IMG/VR virus record: IMGVR_UViG_3300044709_000179
Location: 1 to 64,000 of that record
Strand: one strand, 5' to 3'
DNA: 64,000 nucleotides
Source: a virus
Lineage: Duplodnaviria; Caudoviricetes
Below the pieces are notes generated by a model. It saw nothing but the letters and a program-made list of their open reading frames with translations, had not been told where the DNA came from and made no database searches. How positions within the stretch are numbered: the first letter of the stretch is position 1; each line of letters opens with the position of its first letter. Of the stretch, positions 36,292 through 45,502 are shown piece by piece. Made by a program: the position numbers and the translations under genes.

Positions 36292-36699
36292 ATGACCGAG
36301 GAGCCCGCCGCTAAGGATGCCGCACCGACCGTGACCGTTTTCTCGGCCACCGGAGCCGTCCGCACCTTCCGCGACGTCACCGACGACGACGTGGCGCAGG
36401 TGATCGTTCAGGCCCGCGCGCTCATCCGCCTCGACAAGCAGTTGTGGGACGCTCGACAGCGGGCCGAGCAACTGGAACGCCGGCTTGCCGAACGCGAGCA
36501 ATACGCGGAAGCCGCCCGCTCCCGCGAAGCCGACCTTCAGGCCCGCCTCAATGCCGTCCGGTCGATCCACTGGGAGGCCGAGCAGCCCTCCTGCGCCGAC
36601 GGTTGCTGCCACGAAGGGCTCGGTTGGTGCCGGGAATGCGGCGAGGGCACACCGTTTCCGTGCAAGACATACAAGGCCGCACGTGGGGAGACGTCGTGA
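36292..36699 (+). CDS. Coiled-coil protein with C-terminal Zn finger
   Basis: H...C..C...PC.T. Confidence 0.6.
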   Translation: MTEEPAAKDAAPTVTVFSATGAVRTFRDVTDDDVAQVIVQARALIRLDKQLWDARQRAEQLERRLAEREQYAEAARSREADLQARLNAVRSIHWEAEQPSCADGCCHEGLGWCRECGEGTPFPCKTYKAARGETS

Positions 36700-37070
36700 T
36701 GGCCAGCACCACCGCATGGCTCGACCGCGCCGAAGAGGCCCTCACCGCCGCGCGCAGCGAGACCACGCCGCAGTTCCGCTACCGCAACGCCTACCTGGCC
36801 GCTGCCCGTGCCGCCGCAGCCGTGTTCGCCGAGCGGGGCAACGGACCCGCCGACGGCGCCATCCTCGTCGACATCTGGACGCATCTGCCGCAACTGGCCC
36901 CCGAACTGGCCGACTGGGCGCGAACCTACGACCTCCGATCTGAAGCGCGGGCGACCGCCGACGCCGGCATTCGGCAGGTGCGGGGCGAGGAGGCCGACGG
37001 GGAGATCGACGACGCCGCGCACTTCCTGACCACCGTCTCACTTCTGCTCGGGATTGGAGGGGCGCGATGA
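36699..37070 (+). CDS. SAV_6107-like HEPN domain protein
   Basis: RY..AYLAA.RAAAAV..RG...W..L...APELA.WA. Confidence 0.8.
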   Translation: MASTTAWLDRAEEALTAARSETTPQFRYRNAYLAAARAAAAVFAERGNGPADGAILVDIWTHLPQLAPELADWARTYDLRSEARATADAGIRQVRGEEADGEIDDAAHFLTTVSLLLGIGGAR

Positions 37071-37444
37071 CCACCCACGTGACCATCGACCCGCCCACTC
37101 TCGACGGCTTCGAGACCCACTACGGTATCCCGGTGGCGATCCTCGGCGAGGACGGCGATCAGTTCGTAGCCCTCGGTCGCCACGACAAGCGTCGCGTGCT
37201 GGCCGCGTTCAACCGGATGTGCCGTGTGGATCTCGGGTGGCGTAACGGGCTCAGCGCCGAGTTCTCCACCGTCAAACTCGCCAACCTTCGCTACGAGCAG
37301 TGGGTGCTGGCCACCGACTGCGGTGACTGCGGGGACAACCCCGAGTGCACCTACTGCGCTGAGATCCGCAGCGGCAGGTGGTGGCTGCGGATGGCCACCG
37401 ACCGAGACGCCGAAGCGTTTCCGGTCACCGTCTGGATTGCGTGA
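37067..37444 (+). CDS. Hypothetical protein (GEDG..VALG.H motif)
   Basis: Coupled. Confidence 0.6.
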   Translation: MTTHVTIDPPTLDGFETHYGIPVAILGEDGDQFVALGRHDKRRVLAAFNRMCRVDLGWRNGLSAEFSTVKLANLRYEQWVLATDCGDCGDNPECTYCAEIRSGRWWLRMATDRDAEAFPVTVWIA

Positions 37445-37457
37445 GAGGAGCCCGATC

Positions 37458-37688
37458 ATGAAGCCCTGGCTGCTGATCCGCCCCGACGAAGACGGCAACC
37501 CCTGCCGCTGGCTCGACGACAACGACGTGCGGGAACTGCTCGCCAACCCGCGCGACCACGGCGTCGAGACCTTCCTGACCGAACCCCCGGACCGGGGCCC
37601 CAACTACTGGCCCGACGGCTCCGTGCTGCGGCTCAAGGTCGAGGCCGTGGTGCCGAAGCCGGCCGTTACCGCCTACGTACTGCCCTGA
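37458..37688 (+). CDS. Hypothetical protein
   Basis: GAGGAG RBS. Confidence 0.6.
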   Translation: MKPWLLIRPDEDGNPCRWLDDNDVRELLANPRDHGVETFLTEPPDRGPNYWPDGSVLRLKVEAVVPKPAVTAYVLP

Positions 37689-37703
37689 CGAAAGGAACCC
37701 GCC

Positions 37704-38147
37704 ATGACCACCTACTACTTCGCCGCCCGGTACTCCCGCAACGCGGAACTACGCGGCTACCGCGACGAACTGCAAGACAGGGTCCCGGACGCCAAGGTCA
37801 CGTCTCGCTGGATCGACCAGCACGGCGGAACGCAGGAAACCTCCTACCTGCCGGAACTCCTCAACGCCGACCCAGAAGGCTGCTGGGCGAACGGCCAGGC
37901 CGACTTGGAGGACCTCGCCGCCGCCGAGGTGATCGTGTCGTTCACCGGAGGCGGCGGGAAGGGTGGCCGACACGTCGAGCACGGCATCGCCATCGCGTAC
38001 GCCGACAACGGGCCGTGGTTGGCACCCAACGCCGCCCAGTTTCGGCTCGTAGTGGTCGGGCCCCGTGAGCACATCTTCCACTGCCACCCGGCAACCGAGG
38101 TGCACGCGACGTGGGGCGACTTCCTGGCGGCGGAGGTGGCACGGTGA
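37704..38147 (+). CDS. Nucleoside 2-deoxyribosyltransferase-like protein
   Basis: YFAARY.R, TSRW, D..D...A, GGRHVE.G.A.A, VVGP.E.IFH. Confidence 0.7.
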   Translation: MTTYYFAARYSRNAELRGYRDELQDRVPDAKVTSRWIDQHGGTQETSYLPELLNADPEGCWANGQADLEDLAAAEVIVSFTGGGGKGGRHVEHGIAIAYADNGPWLAPNAAQFRLVVVGPREHIFHCHPATEVHATWGDFLAAEVAR

Positions 38148-38378
38148 CCGCCGAAACGGAAGCCCGCCTCCATCTCCTCGACGCCCTCATCGCCGGAGTC
38201 CACCACCTCGAAGGGGAGGGTGGCGTCGCGGGCTCCTTCCGAGAGGCGTCCGTCAGGCCCCGGGCGATGCCAGTCGCGCCGGGGCCACCCATCTATTTTC
38301 CCAGGTCAAGGCCACAATCGCCAGTCAAAATCCATTCAAGAAAAGCAAAATGTCTTACCGGTCTGGCAGACTCTGGCC

Positions 38379-38879
38379 GTGACTTCCGTGCCCAGCGACG
38401 ACATAGGGATGGCGATCTGGACCGAGCCTGGCCGCCAGCCCGTATTCCTGGTGGTCGACGGCGGCAAGGTTGTGGACTGCACCCCGTTCGCGGAGCCTTG
38501 GGCGAAAGGTCGTAGTGCTGCCCAACTGCTGGAGCGCGCCGAACGCCTCGGAGTCAAGGTTGAGTGGATCCCGCTCAACTCTGTACCGACACGTCGGTCC
38601 GCGCATTTGGTCGAGCGGACCCGCCTGCGCCACTGGGCGACCAAGCACGACCGGGGCATCGTGAGCACGCTGGAGTTCGGCCAGACCGCCGACGGATTCA
38701 CCGTGGACGACGGGACTGAGCCGCACCTGTGGATCTACCCAGACCGCGACGATGCTGTCCGCGAGGTGCGACGTCGACTGGCGGTCGGGACGTGGTGGCG
38801 GATTGCGGCTGACCACGACGCACAGGGGCGACCGAAGCCGGACCCGGAGTTGCCCAGCGAGTGGGGCGTGCCCGACTAG
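38379..38879 (+). CDS. Hypothetical protein
   Basis: CAGACT-6nt-GTG; convergent with lysis genes. Confidence 0.5.
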   Translation: MTSVPSDDIGMAIWTEPGRQPVFLVVDGGKVVDCTPFAEPWAKGRSAAQLLERAERLGVKVEWIPLNSVPTRRSAHLVERTRLRHWATKHDRGIVSTLEFGQTADGFTVDDGTEPHLWIYPDRDDAVREVRRRLAVGTWWRIAADHDAQGRPKPDPELPSEWGVPD

Positions 38880-38912
38880 GCCCTACTGGGTCACTGTCTC
38901 GCGATCCGCGCG

Positions 38913-39287
38913 TTACTTGGCACCGGTTCGCGCCGTCAACTGAGCGCGGAGTGCGATCGTCAACTCCTCCATCGTCCGCATCTGCAGCTCCAACGTCCGC
39001 ACCTGATCGCGGAGCACGTTGGAGGCGTCGCGCTCCTTGGCGAGCTGCTCCGACACCCGGGCCATCTGGTCGTTCATTCGATCCTGCTGCGCCCGCAAGC
39101 GGTCCAACTGCTTGTCGGCGTCGGTGAGCGCCTTTTCGTAGATTGCTCGTGACCGTTCGTACGCCTCCGCGTCGACCTTCTTCTCGCTGACCTGATTCGC
39201 CTGCGAACTGGCTCGGTACGCGAAGGCTGCGGCTGCGATCGCCGGGATGCCCGCGACCGCGGCGACGATGATCTGACCAGCGTCCAT
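38913..39287 (-). CDS. Lysis-cassette protein, N-terminal TM + coiled coil
   Basis: Position after endolysin; TM then heptads. Confidence 0.7.
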   Translation of the reverse strand: MDAGQIIVAAVAGIPAIAAAAFAYRASSQANQVSEKKVDAEAYERSRAIYEKALTDADKQLDRLRAQQDRMNDQMARVSEQLAKERDASNVLRDQVRTLELQMRTMEELTIALRAQLTARTGAK

Positions 39288-39712
39288 CAGGACCCCCGGC
39301 GGTGCCGTGCTTCAGCCGGGGAGGGCTCCGGCCAGGTGGAGATGAGGCCGACAACGGCCGCGAACGCCAGCCAGATGACCGCGCCTACGTAGGCACGCTC
39401 CAGGTGGGCGACGATCGCCCCGGCGATGTAGGTGGCACCCCACAGCACCTTCACGCCCATGGCGGCGGCGTAGGCGGCCCGGTCGTTGCGCATGAACGCC
39501 TGAATAGCGCAGAGGATGCCGGGGACCAGCCAGATGGCCGACCAGACCGGTAGCGGCGCGAGGTGTGCGATGAAGTGCATGGTCGCGGAGCGGCGCGCAG
39601 ACTCGGGCGGGTTGAACAGGCTGTAGGCATAGACAAGATCGAGTTGGGCGAGGAAGAGCAAGAAGCAGCCCCGTCGGCCGATTCGACCGGCGAGGCTTCG
39701 AAGCGCTGACAT
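39287..39712 (-). CDS. Lysis-cassette 4-TM membrane protein (holin-like)
   Basis: GRRG.FL, four hydrophobic helices. Confidence 0.7.
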   Translation of the reverse strand: MSALRSLAGRIGRRGCFLLFLAQLDLVYAYSLFNPPESARRSATMHFIAHLAPLPVWSAIWLVPGILCAIQAFMRNDRAAYAAAMGVKVLWGATYIAGAIVAHLERAYVGAVIWLAFAAVVGLISTWPEPSPAEARHRRGS

Positions 39713-39739
39713 GTGGGCCCCCGCTCTCCGATGGTGCAG

Positions 39740-40666
39740 TTACGGCGTTCCGGAGCCCTCGCGCAGCGCCTGCTTCAGATCGGCAACCACGCCGGCGTGA
39801 TCGGCCGCGGTGAGCCCGTTGGCGCCGCTGGCGATCAGCCGGTCCGCGATCAGGTTGGCCTGCGCGGTCACCTGCTCGTCGGTGACCGTAACGACCGGGT
39901 CACGGAGCACCGTTCCGAACGCCGCCTCCGTCCAGCCGAGCCGCGACCAGCCGCCGTCGCCCCACTCCGCGCCCTCGGCGCCGTGGCCGTAGCCCATCTG
40001 CTTGGCGAGGTAGAGCACATCCGGGACCGCGAACGGCGGCACCGGCCGGGAGTGAACGAGGTCGCAAACGTAGTACTGGCCGGTGGTGGTGTCTTTGGCG
40101 ATGAACGGCATGGGGGTCTCCGGGGTTGCGGGGGTGGATTCGGTGCGGGGGTTGATCGCGGCGTCCATCAACTGCAAGATGCGGGCGAACGACGCTTGCC
40201 GGGCGTTGATGGTGTTTCGCCACCATTCGACATGCGTGTGGATGTTGACCGTATCCGTCGAGCTGATGACACCCTGACTGCGGTTCGCCGTGTCGAACCG
40301 CTTCTTGGCGGTGCCGTCGGGCGAGAAGTTGATGGCGCGCACTGCGACAAGCGCTGGGTCCGCGACCTTCAGGGCTGCGACCAGCAGGTTGTTGAACCGG
40401 ATCCAGGCCGAGCGTCCGCCGTGCGGCCAGTCGTCGCCGATGTCCATAGCTGACGCCTCATTGCCGCCGACGCTGCGGTCCCTGACCTGCCGGGTCGAGT
40501 AGTCGTTGTCGAAGTTGCCAGCGGCGCGAATCGCGGACACGCCGACGTGGTAGCCCTTGACGTGATGCTCGTCGGGCGCGATGCCAACCTCGACCGGGTT
40601 GGTGAAGCCCGTCGTACGCATGACGGCGGAGCGGAAGCTAAGCAGGTCGGCCGGCGCACTGGTCAC
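39740..40666 (-). CDS. Endolysin (M15-like Zn peptidase domain)
   Basis: GYH...ASAMD...H.H; GGGAGG RBS before GTG 40666. Confidence 0.7.
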   Translation of the reverse strand: MTSAPADLLSFRSAVMRTTGFTNPVEVGIAPDEHHVKGYHVGVSAIRAAGNFDNDYSTRQVRDRSVGGNEASAMDIGDDWPHGGRSAWIRFNNLLVAALKVADPALVAVRAINFSPDGTAKKRFDTANRSQGVISSTDTVNIHTHVEWWRNTINARQASFARILQLMDAAINPRTESTPATPETPMPFIAKDTTTGQYYVCDLVHSRPVPPFAVPDVLYLAKQMGYGHGAEGAEWGDGGWSRLGWTEAAFGTVLRDPVVTVTDEQVTAQANLIADRLIASGANGLTAADHAGVVADLKQALREGSGTP

Positions 40667-40722
40667 AACAAGCCTCCCGGGGGGGATGGGATCCAACCGA
40701 AGCTCTCAGGAGGGGTGGCGCA

Positions 40723-41328
40723 CTACGCCACGCTTGCCCAGGTCTTGCGGCGGACTACTGACTCGACTGCGGACGGCCAGACAACCGGATACGAGCGAGC
40801 GATACTGGCCGCAGACTCACCCTGGGCGGCGCGCTCGCGGATCACACGCACGTCGGCAACCGTGAGTTTCGGCCCACCCTTCGGAAGCCATGCGGGATCC
40901 GTAGCCTTCAACTTCAGGCATTCGCGACAGGAGCGCCGCCTGCGTCCGCTCGTGTGCCAGATCGTGTTTCCGGGCGTGAACTCGTGCCCTCGGCAGCACT
41001 TGGTCCGCGCCCCCAAACGGACGGGATGCGTGTCCCCGCGCCGGGTGTTCTGAGAGCGGGTAGTGGCCTCAAGGTGCGCTGGGTTGCAGCAGATCCGAAC
41101 ACGGCACAAGTGGTCAATGACCAGACCCTGCGGGATTGGTCCCTTCCAAATCTCGTACGCCACGCGATGGGTGTACGCCTTCCTGGCGTGGCGGATGCCG
41201 ATCGTCCCATAGCCATTGGGGAGCCGGGTTCCTTGCCAAATCCAGCAACCGCTTGAGTTCATGTCAACTCGCGCGAGTAGCCGATCCTTGATCGGCGTTC
41301 GTCGCGGGAGACTAGTAGCCTTTTCCAC
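40723..41328 (-). CDS. HNH homing endonuclease
   Basis: CWIWQG...GYG...HRVAY...DHLC..R.CCNP.HL...N; C..GH.F...N; C-terminal HTH. Confidence 0.9.
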   Translation of the reverse strand: MEKATSLPRRTPIKDRLLARVDMNSSGCWIWQGTRLPNGYGTIGIRHARKAYTHRVAYEIWKGPIPQGLVIDHLCRVRICCNPAHLEATTRSQNTRRGDTHPVRLGARTKCCRGHEFTPGNTIWHTSGRRRRSCRECLKLKATDPAWLPKGGPKLTVADVRVIRERAAQGESAASIARSYPVVWPSAVESVVRRKTWASVA

Positions 41329-41460
41329 TGCGGGACTCCTCTAGTCAGGCGTTCCGTCAGGCCCCGGGGCGCTCCAACGTCGCCGGGGCCGTCCATCCTC
41401 CCCATTTTCTCACGGTTCCACTCGGCTGCGTACTGCGGAACCGTTCTGCTGCAACGGGTT

Positions 41461-41586
41461 TTAGGCGACGCCACCGCCCGCGAGGTGGCGGGGGTCGGCG
41501 GCAATGCCCACGTCGTTGCCGGTGAGCCCCGTGACGGCCATGACGTCGCGGCGGAAGGCGAGGAGGTCGGGCGGGGCGTTGGACAT
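41461..41586 (-). pseudogene. Truncated 41-aa paralog of endolysin N-terminus
   Basis: MSNAPPDLLAFRRDVMAVTGLTGNDVGIAADPRH vs MTSAPADLLSFRSAVMRTTGFTNPVEVGIAPDEHH. Confidence 0.7.
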
Positions 41587-41607
41587 GGGAACCTCCGGGG
41601 GCGAGGG

Positions 41608-42306
41608 TCAGGGGCGCCGCCCGGTCAGGGCGGGCACGTCTGCGGGCGGTGCGGCCCAGCCGTAGGCCGGCCCGAGCACCCGCTCGATCTGGTGGGCCAT
41701 CGCCGCGTAGCCGATGTCACGAGGATGTATGCCGCCCGCATCGAGATCGGCGTGGGGGATCACCTGGAAGTCGACGAAGCCCGCGAACCGCGCCGGCCGC
41801 GGCGACGCCATGAAGCCGTGGGCGTAGCTGGCCCGCCAGATCGCGTCGTTGGCGTAGCCGACCCGCACCCCGAGCAGCCCGGCCGGGTAGCCGAGAAACG
41901 CCACGGCAACCTTGGCGCGGCAGATGTCGATGGCGACGTTGAGCAGCCAGTTGTAGCGCCACTCGAAGAGTCCGATGTCGCCGAGCGCGTCGTTGGTGCC
42001 GAGCGCGATCAGGACCAGATCCGGGTCTTTGTCCAGCAAGAGCGTGCCCAAGCCGGGCAGGGCGTCCGCCGTGCCCCAGCCGCCGACGGCGTAGGAGGTG
42101 ATGGTGAGTTCGGTGCCGGATGCCGCCACGTCCGCGATGAGCTTCGACCGCCAGCCTTGCCCGTCCGATGAGCCGTAGCCCTTGGCGATGGAGTCGCCAA
42201 CGACGACCAGATGTAGCCGTGCGACCGCCGCGCGGGTCGGAGTGGATCCGGCCAGCAGCAGCGTGGCGAGCAGGGCGAGGGCGAGTAAAGCGGCTTTGGC
42301 GCGCAC
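41608..42306 (-). CDS. Secreted SGNH/GDSL hydrolase
   Basis: GDSI, GTND, GIHP; signal peptide. Confidence 0.85.
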   Translation of the reverse strand: MRAKAALLALALLATLLLAGSTPTRAAVARLHLVVVGDSIAKGYGSSDGQGWRSKLIADVAASGTELTITSYAVGGWGTADALPGLGTLLLDKDPDLVLIALGTNDALGDIGLFEWRYNWLLNVAIDICRAKVAVAFLGYPAGLLGVRVGYANDAIWRASYAHGFMASPRPARFAGFVDFQVIPHADLDAGGIHPRDIGYAAMAHQIERVLGPAYGWAAPPADVPALTGRRP

Positions 42307-42379
42307 GGGGTCTCCTGTCGTGGGGTACGGGTACACCGACAGGCGGGGCGGAGGGGTGACGGGCGGTCCCTCGAACGGG

Positions 42380-43018
42380 TCAGGTCTGCTCGCCGTAGGC
42401 GGCCATCACGCGCACGCCGATCGTGCCGGGGCCCGCGGTGCGACGGGCCTGCACAGTCACGTCAACCGAGGCGAGGTGCGCGTAGGCGATCGGCAAGGCG
42501 GCCGGGCCGAACTGGAGGTAGCCGAACATCCCGGCCGTCACCGTCTGTGCGGCGGCCAGCGCGACCCCACCGACCAGCACCTGCACCTCGCCGGTGGTGG
42601 TGCCGTCGGACGCGCGCGCCAGGACGTTGACGGACAGGCGCGGATGCTGCGGCCTGTACCGCGCGATCGCGAGATCGACGAACGTGGCCGAGGCCGTGGT
42701 GTCGGTCGGCACTGTCGTGCTCGCAGAAGCGAACGGCACCGGGATGTAGGGACGCGCGAGCCCCGTGCCGTTGGAGTCAACGGTGGCGAGAGTGTTGCCG
42801 ACCGCGTCGTAGACCGCGACGCCGTAGACGTCCACGCCGTCCTGCACGAACTTGCCGATACGAGCCACCACATCACCAGCGGCGTTGCGCACCTCCATGG
42901 CGCCGTGCGACAGGACCGCGCCGTTGAGGGTGATGCCGCGTCGCAGCACTGCGACTTCGCGCTCCAACGCACGGAGCCGTTCGATGAAATCCTGGGGGTG
43001 GTTGGTCTGGTGGGACAT
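42380..43018 (-). CDS. Minor tail protein
   Basis: N-terminal coiled coil, follows tail hub. Confidence 0.7.
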   Translation of the reverse strand: MSHQTNHPQDFIERLRALEREVAVLRRGITLNGAVLSHGAMEVRNAAGDVVARIGKFVQDGVDVYGVAVYDAVGNTLATVDSNGTGLARPYIPVPFASASTTVPTDTTASATFVDLAIARYRPQHPRLSVNVLARASDGTTTGEVQVLVGGVALAAAQTVTAGMFGYLQFGPAALPIAYAHLASVDVTVQARRTAGPGTIGVRVMAAYGEQT

Positions 43019-44169
43019 CAGGCCACGTCGTCCAACATCGGATTCATCGTCAGGGTGGCCAACTCGACACCGTCCTGACCCGGGTCCACGTCGACCCCGA
43101 CAATCCGCATCGTGGTGTCCAGGCCGGCCGAGAAGAACAGGTCCTGGATGACGACCCGGGCGTCGTCGCCGGGGCCGTAGTCGCCGACGGTCGGCCCGAC
43201 CACGGCGCCGCTGGCGTTCCGGCCATCGCCGCGCACCTTCAGCGCCGGTGTGGCGACCGGCAGCCGGGAGGCGTGCAGGTCCCCGTCGGCGTGGGCCTGC
43301 AGCGTGGTCGGGTCGCTGACCCCGGATTCGCTGCTGTCGGCCTCCAGGAGGGGCCAACCGTCCGCGTATTTGGTGGTGTCCTCGGCGACGGCGATGGCCT
43401 GCCCGACCTCCATGCCTTCCCCGGCCGCGAACTGGCGGGTGACCATGCGGGTGCCGTCGGACGGCCATGTGTAGGAGAGCAGGTTGCCGCCGAGTTCGAA
43501 GACATGCGGGGAGCCCATCTGTCCGATCTCCGGGGTGCCGACCCGCATCAGGCGGACCGGTCGGCCGGAGGTGTCGAGGTCGGCGGCGACGTCGAACATG
43601 ATGTCGCAGCCGCCTTCGATGTGGCCCAAGTTGCGTAGCGCTTCGCCGACGTCGGTGCGGTCATGGCCCCACCACGTTCGGTCGCGCAGCACGCCAGAAA
43701 CGGTCGAGTCCAGTTGGATGCCGATGTCGCCGCCCGTGTGCGACTGGGCGAGGATGACGAGGTTGCGGGCGATCTGGTTCTGGTCGACGGCGGTGTAGAC
43801 GGTGGACAGTCCGGCGATCGTGGTCACGTCACCGATCACACCCAGCGCGGGCAGGACCTTGCGGTGGTCGAAGTAGGACCACCAGTCGGCCGCTCCGAGG
43901 CGAATCGCGTTGCTGCTGGAGTCGAACTCGGATGTCCAGAGGATGCCGCCCCACCACGGGCGCCCGTCACGCAGCAGGTAGAGCGCGGTACGGGCTGGAC
44001 GGGTCAGCCCGTACGGGTCGCCGCCACGCCACGAGCTTGACAGCGTCCACGTGCCCGTCACGGACCCGGAAGCGTTCAGCTTCTTGGACGGGGCGAACCC
44101 GGTCAGCGGGATCTCGGCGGTGATCGCGTTGGTCCGCAGATCGGCGAGCCAGCACGTCCACTCGGCCAT
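43018..44169 (-). CDS. Tail hub/Tal protein (ReqiPepy6 gp37-like)
   Basis: ADLRT...LN..G...R.G.P.WGG. Confidence 0.75.
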   Translation of the reverse strand: MAEWTCWLADLRTNAITAEIPLTGFAPSKKLNASGSVTGTWTLSSSWRGGDPYGLTRPARTALYLLRDGRPWWGGILWTSEFDSSSNAIRLGAADWWSYFDHRKVLPALGVIGDVTTIAGLSTVYTAVDQNQIARNLVILAQSHTGGDIGIQLDSTVSGVLRDRTWWGHDRTDVGEALRNLGHIEGGCDIMFDVAADLDTSGRPVRLMRVGTPEIGQMGSPHVFELGGNLLSYTWPSDGTRMVTRQFAAGEGMEVGQAIAVAEDTTKYADGWPLLEADSSESGVSDPTTLQAHADGDLHASRLPVATPALKVRGDGRNASGAVVGPTVGDYGPGDDARVVIQDLFFSAGLDTTMRIVGVDVDPGQDGVELATLTMNPMLDDVA

Positions 44170-45471
44170 CTACAACCACGCCTCAAGCGTCGCCTCAGTG
44201 CCGACCACGAAGTTGCCCAGGTTGGCGATCAGGGTGATCGACGCGTAGGGTCCGGCCACGTTGTAGACGCCGCCACCGGTCTCGTGCATCGACGTCGCCG
44301 CCGACGGGTAGACCGCCGAATGGGCCGTGAAATTGAGCATGTGCGAGGCCTGCGACCACCCGGTCAACTCGATCGTCGACTGTCCGAAGTGGTTGCTCGC
44401 GGCGACCGGGCCGGAGATCCAGCCGACAGCCGCGACGGTGCTCACGCTGTAGTTCTGGATCGATTCGGTGGTGTTGGCGATGGCGTGCCTGATCCCGTAA
44501 TAGTTGCCGCCGCTGTCGCCGTTGATCCGCATGTACAGCTGGACGACGGTGGCCCCCGCCGCGTCGCCCCGGCCGGTAACTCGAAGGGTGATGGTCTTGG
44601 TGGTCGCGGGGATCGACGAGAATACGATGCTCGCGGCGGTGCCGGTGAGGGTGACGACCTGCCGGTGCGGCGTGATGGACTGCCAAGCGCTGCCGGTGTA
44701 GCGGTGCAGCACCGCGTTGCCGGTGTCGGACGCGACCAGCCCGGTGTGCGGGTTGGAGACGGCGGACAGGTCGGCGATGGACGTGACCACCGGGAGGCTC
44801 TGCACCCGCCACGCGCCCGAGTCGCGGACCTCGACCCAGTCGCGGTCCTGACGGTAGGCGGGCATCCCGTCGTAGACGCCGGTGAGGCTGTCCCGGGCGG
44901 CCTGGGTGGGCACGGGCAGGATGCCGCCGACGGCGACCGTGTAGGGCGCCGAGGGCCGCAGGTCGGTGATGTTTCCGGACGTGATGGTGGTGGCGCTGGC
45001 GTTGACCCGAACGCGGGCCAGGATGATGCAGTCGGGGAATGCGGCTGTCGACGGGTCGGCGGGGGTGGCGCTGGGGGTGCCGACCACCTGCCGAACGGTC
45101 ATGTTGGAGTTGGCGTCACCGTAGAAGGTGTCGGCCTGGTGCGCGATGACGAGATCGTTGCGGGGGTTGGTCGCGTTGGCCGGCGTCGACAGAATGTTGA
45201 TGTCTTTGACGCTGTCCAAGGTGAGGACGTACGGCCCGCCCGGGGTGGCGCGCGAGGTCTGCAACGTCGCCTGGAACGGCTGGACATGGACGTTGCCGTC
45301 CGGCGTGCCGCTGGCGTAGACCGTGCCCGGGGTGACGGATCCGGGGCCGGGGCGGAAGCCGGTCTTGGCCGCGATGGCGGACGAGCCGGGGGTCCACAGG
45401 GCGCCGATGGCCATGCGGGCGTCCTGCTGGTCGATGCCGCCGGTGGTTGCCCAGCTATCCCTCTCGGCCAT
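44170..45471 (-). CDS. Minor tail / fibre protein
   Basis: A.ATNPR.DLV, ITDLR motifs. Confidence 0.75.
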   Translation of the reverse strand: MAERDSWATTGGIDQQDARMAIGALWTPGSSAIAAKTGFRPGPGSVTPGTVYASGTPDGNVHVQPFQATLQTSRATPGGPYVLTLDSVKDINILSTPANATNPRNDLVIAHQADTFYGDANSNMTVRQVVGTPSATPADPSTAAFPDCIILARVRVNASATTITSGNITDLRPSAPYTVAVGGILPVPTQAARDSLTGVYDGMPAYRQDRDWVEVRDSGAWRVQSLPVVTSIADLSAVSNPHTGLVASDTGNAVLHRYTGSAWQSITPHRQVVTLTGTAASIVFSSIPATTKTITLRVTGRGDAAGATVVQLYMRINGDSGGNYYGIRHAIANTTESIQNYSVSTVAAVGWISGPVAASNHFGQSTIELTGWSQASHMLNFTAHSAVYPSAATSMHETGGGVYNVAGPYASITLIANLGNFVVGTEATLEAWL

Positions 45472-45502
45472 GGCCTACCTTCCGTCCACAGTGGTCATGG
45501 CG

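Noticed and set aside
38280-38360. AT-rich patch as dif/att site
   Set aside because: No XerC/D-like palindrome and no matching repeat near 28.0 kb seen; probably promoter region
40667-41460. Group I intron in endolysin
   Set aside because: No recognisable core elements, too little non-coding sequence, and downstream endolysin has its own complete start
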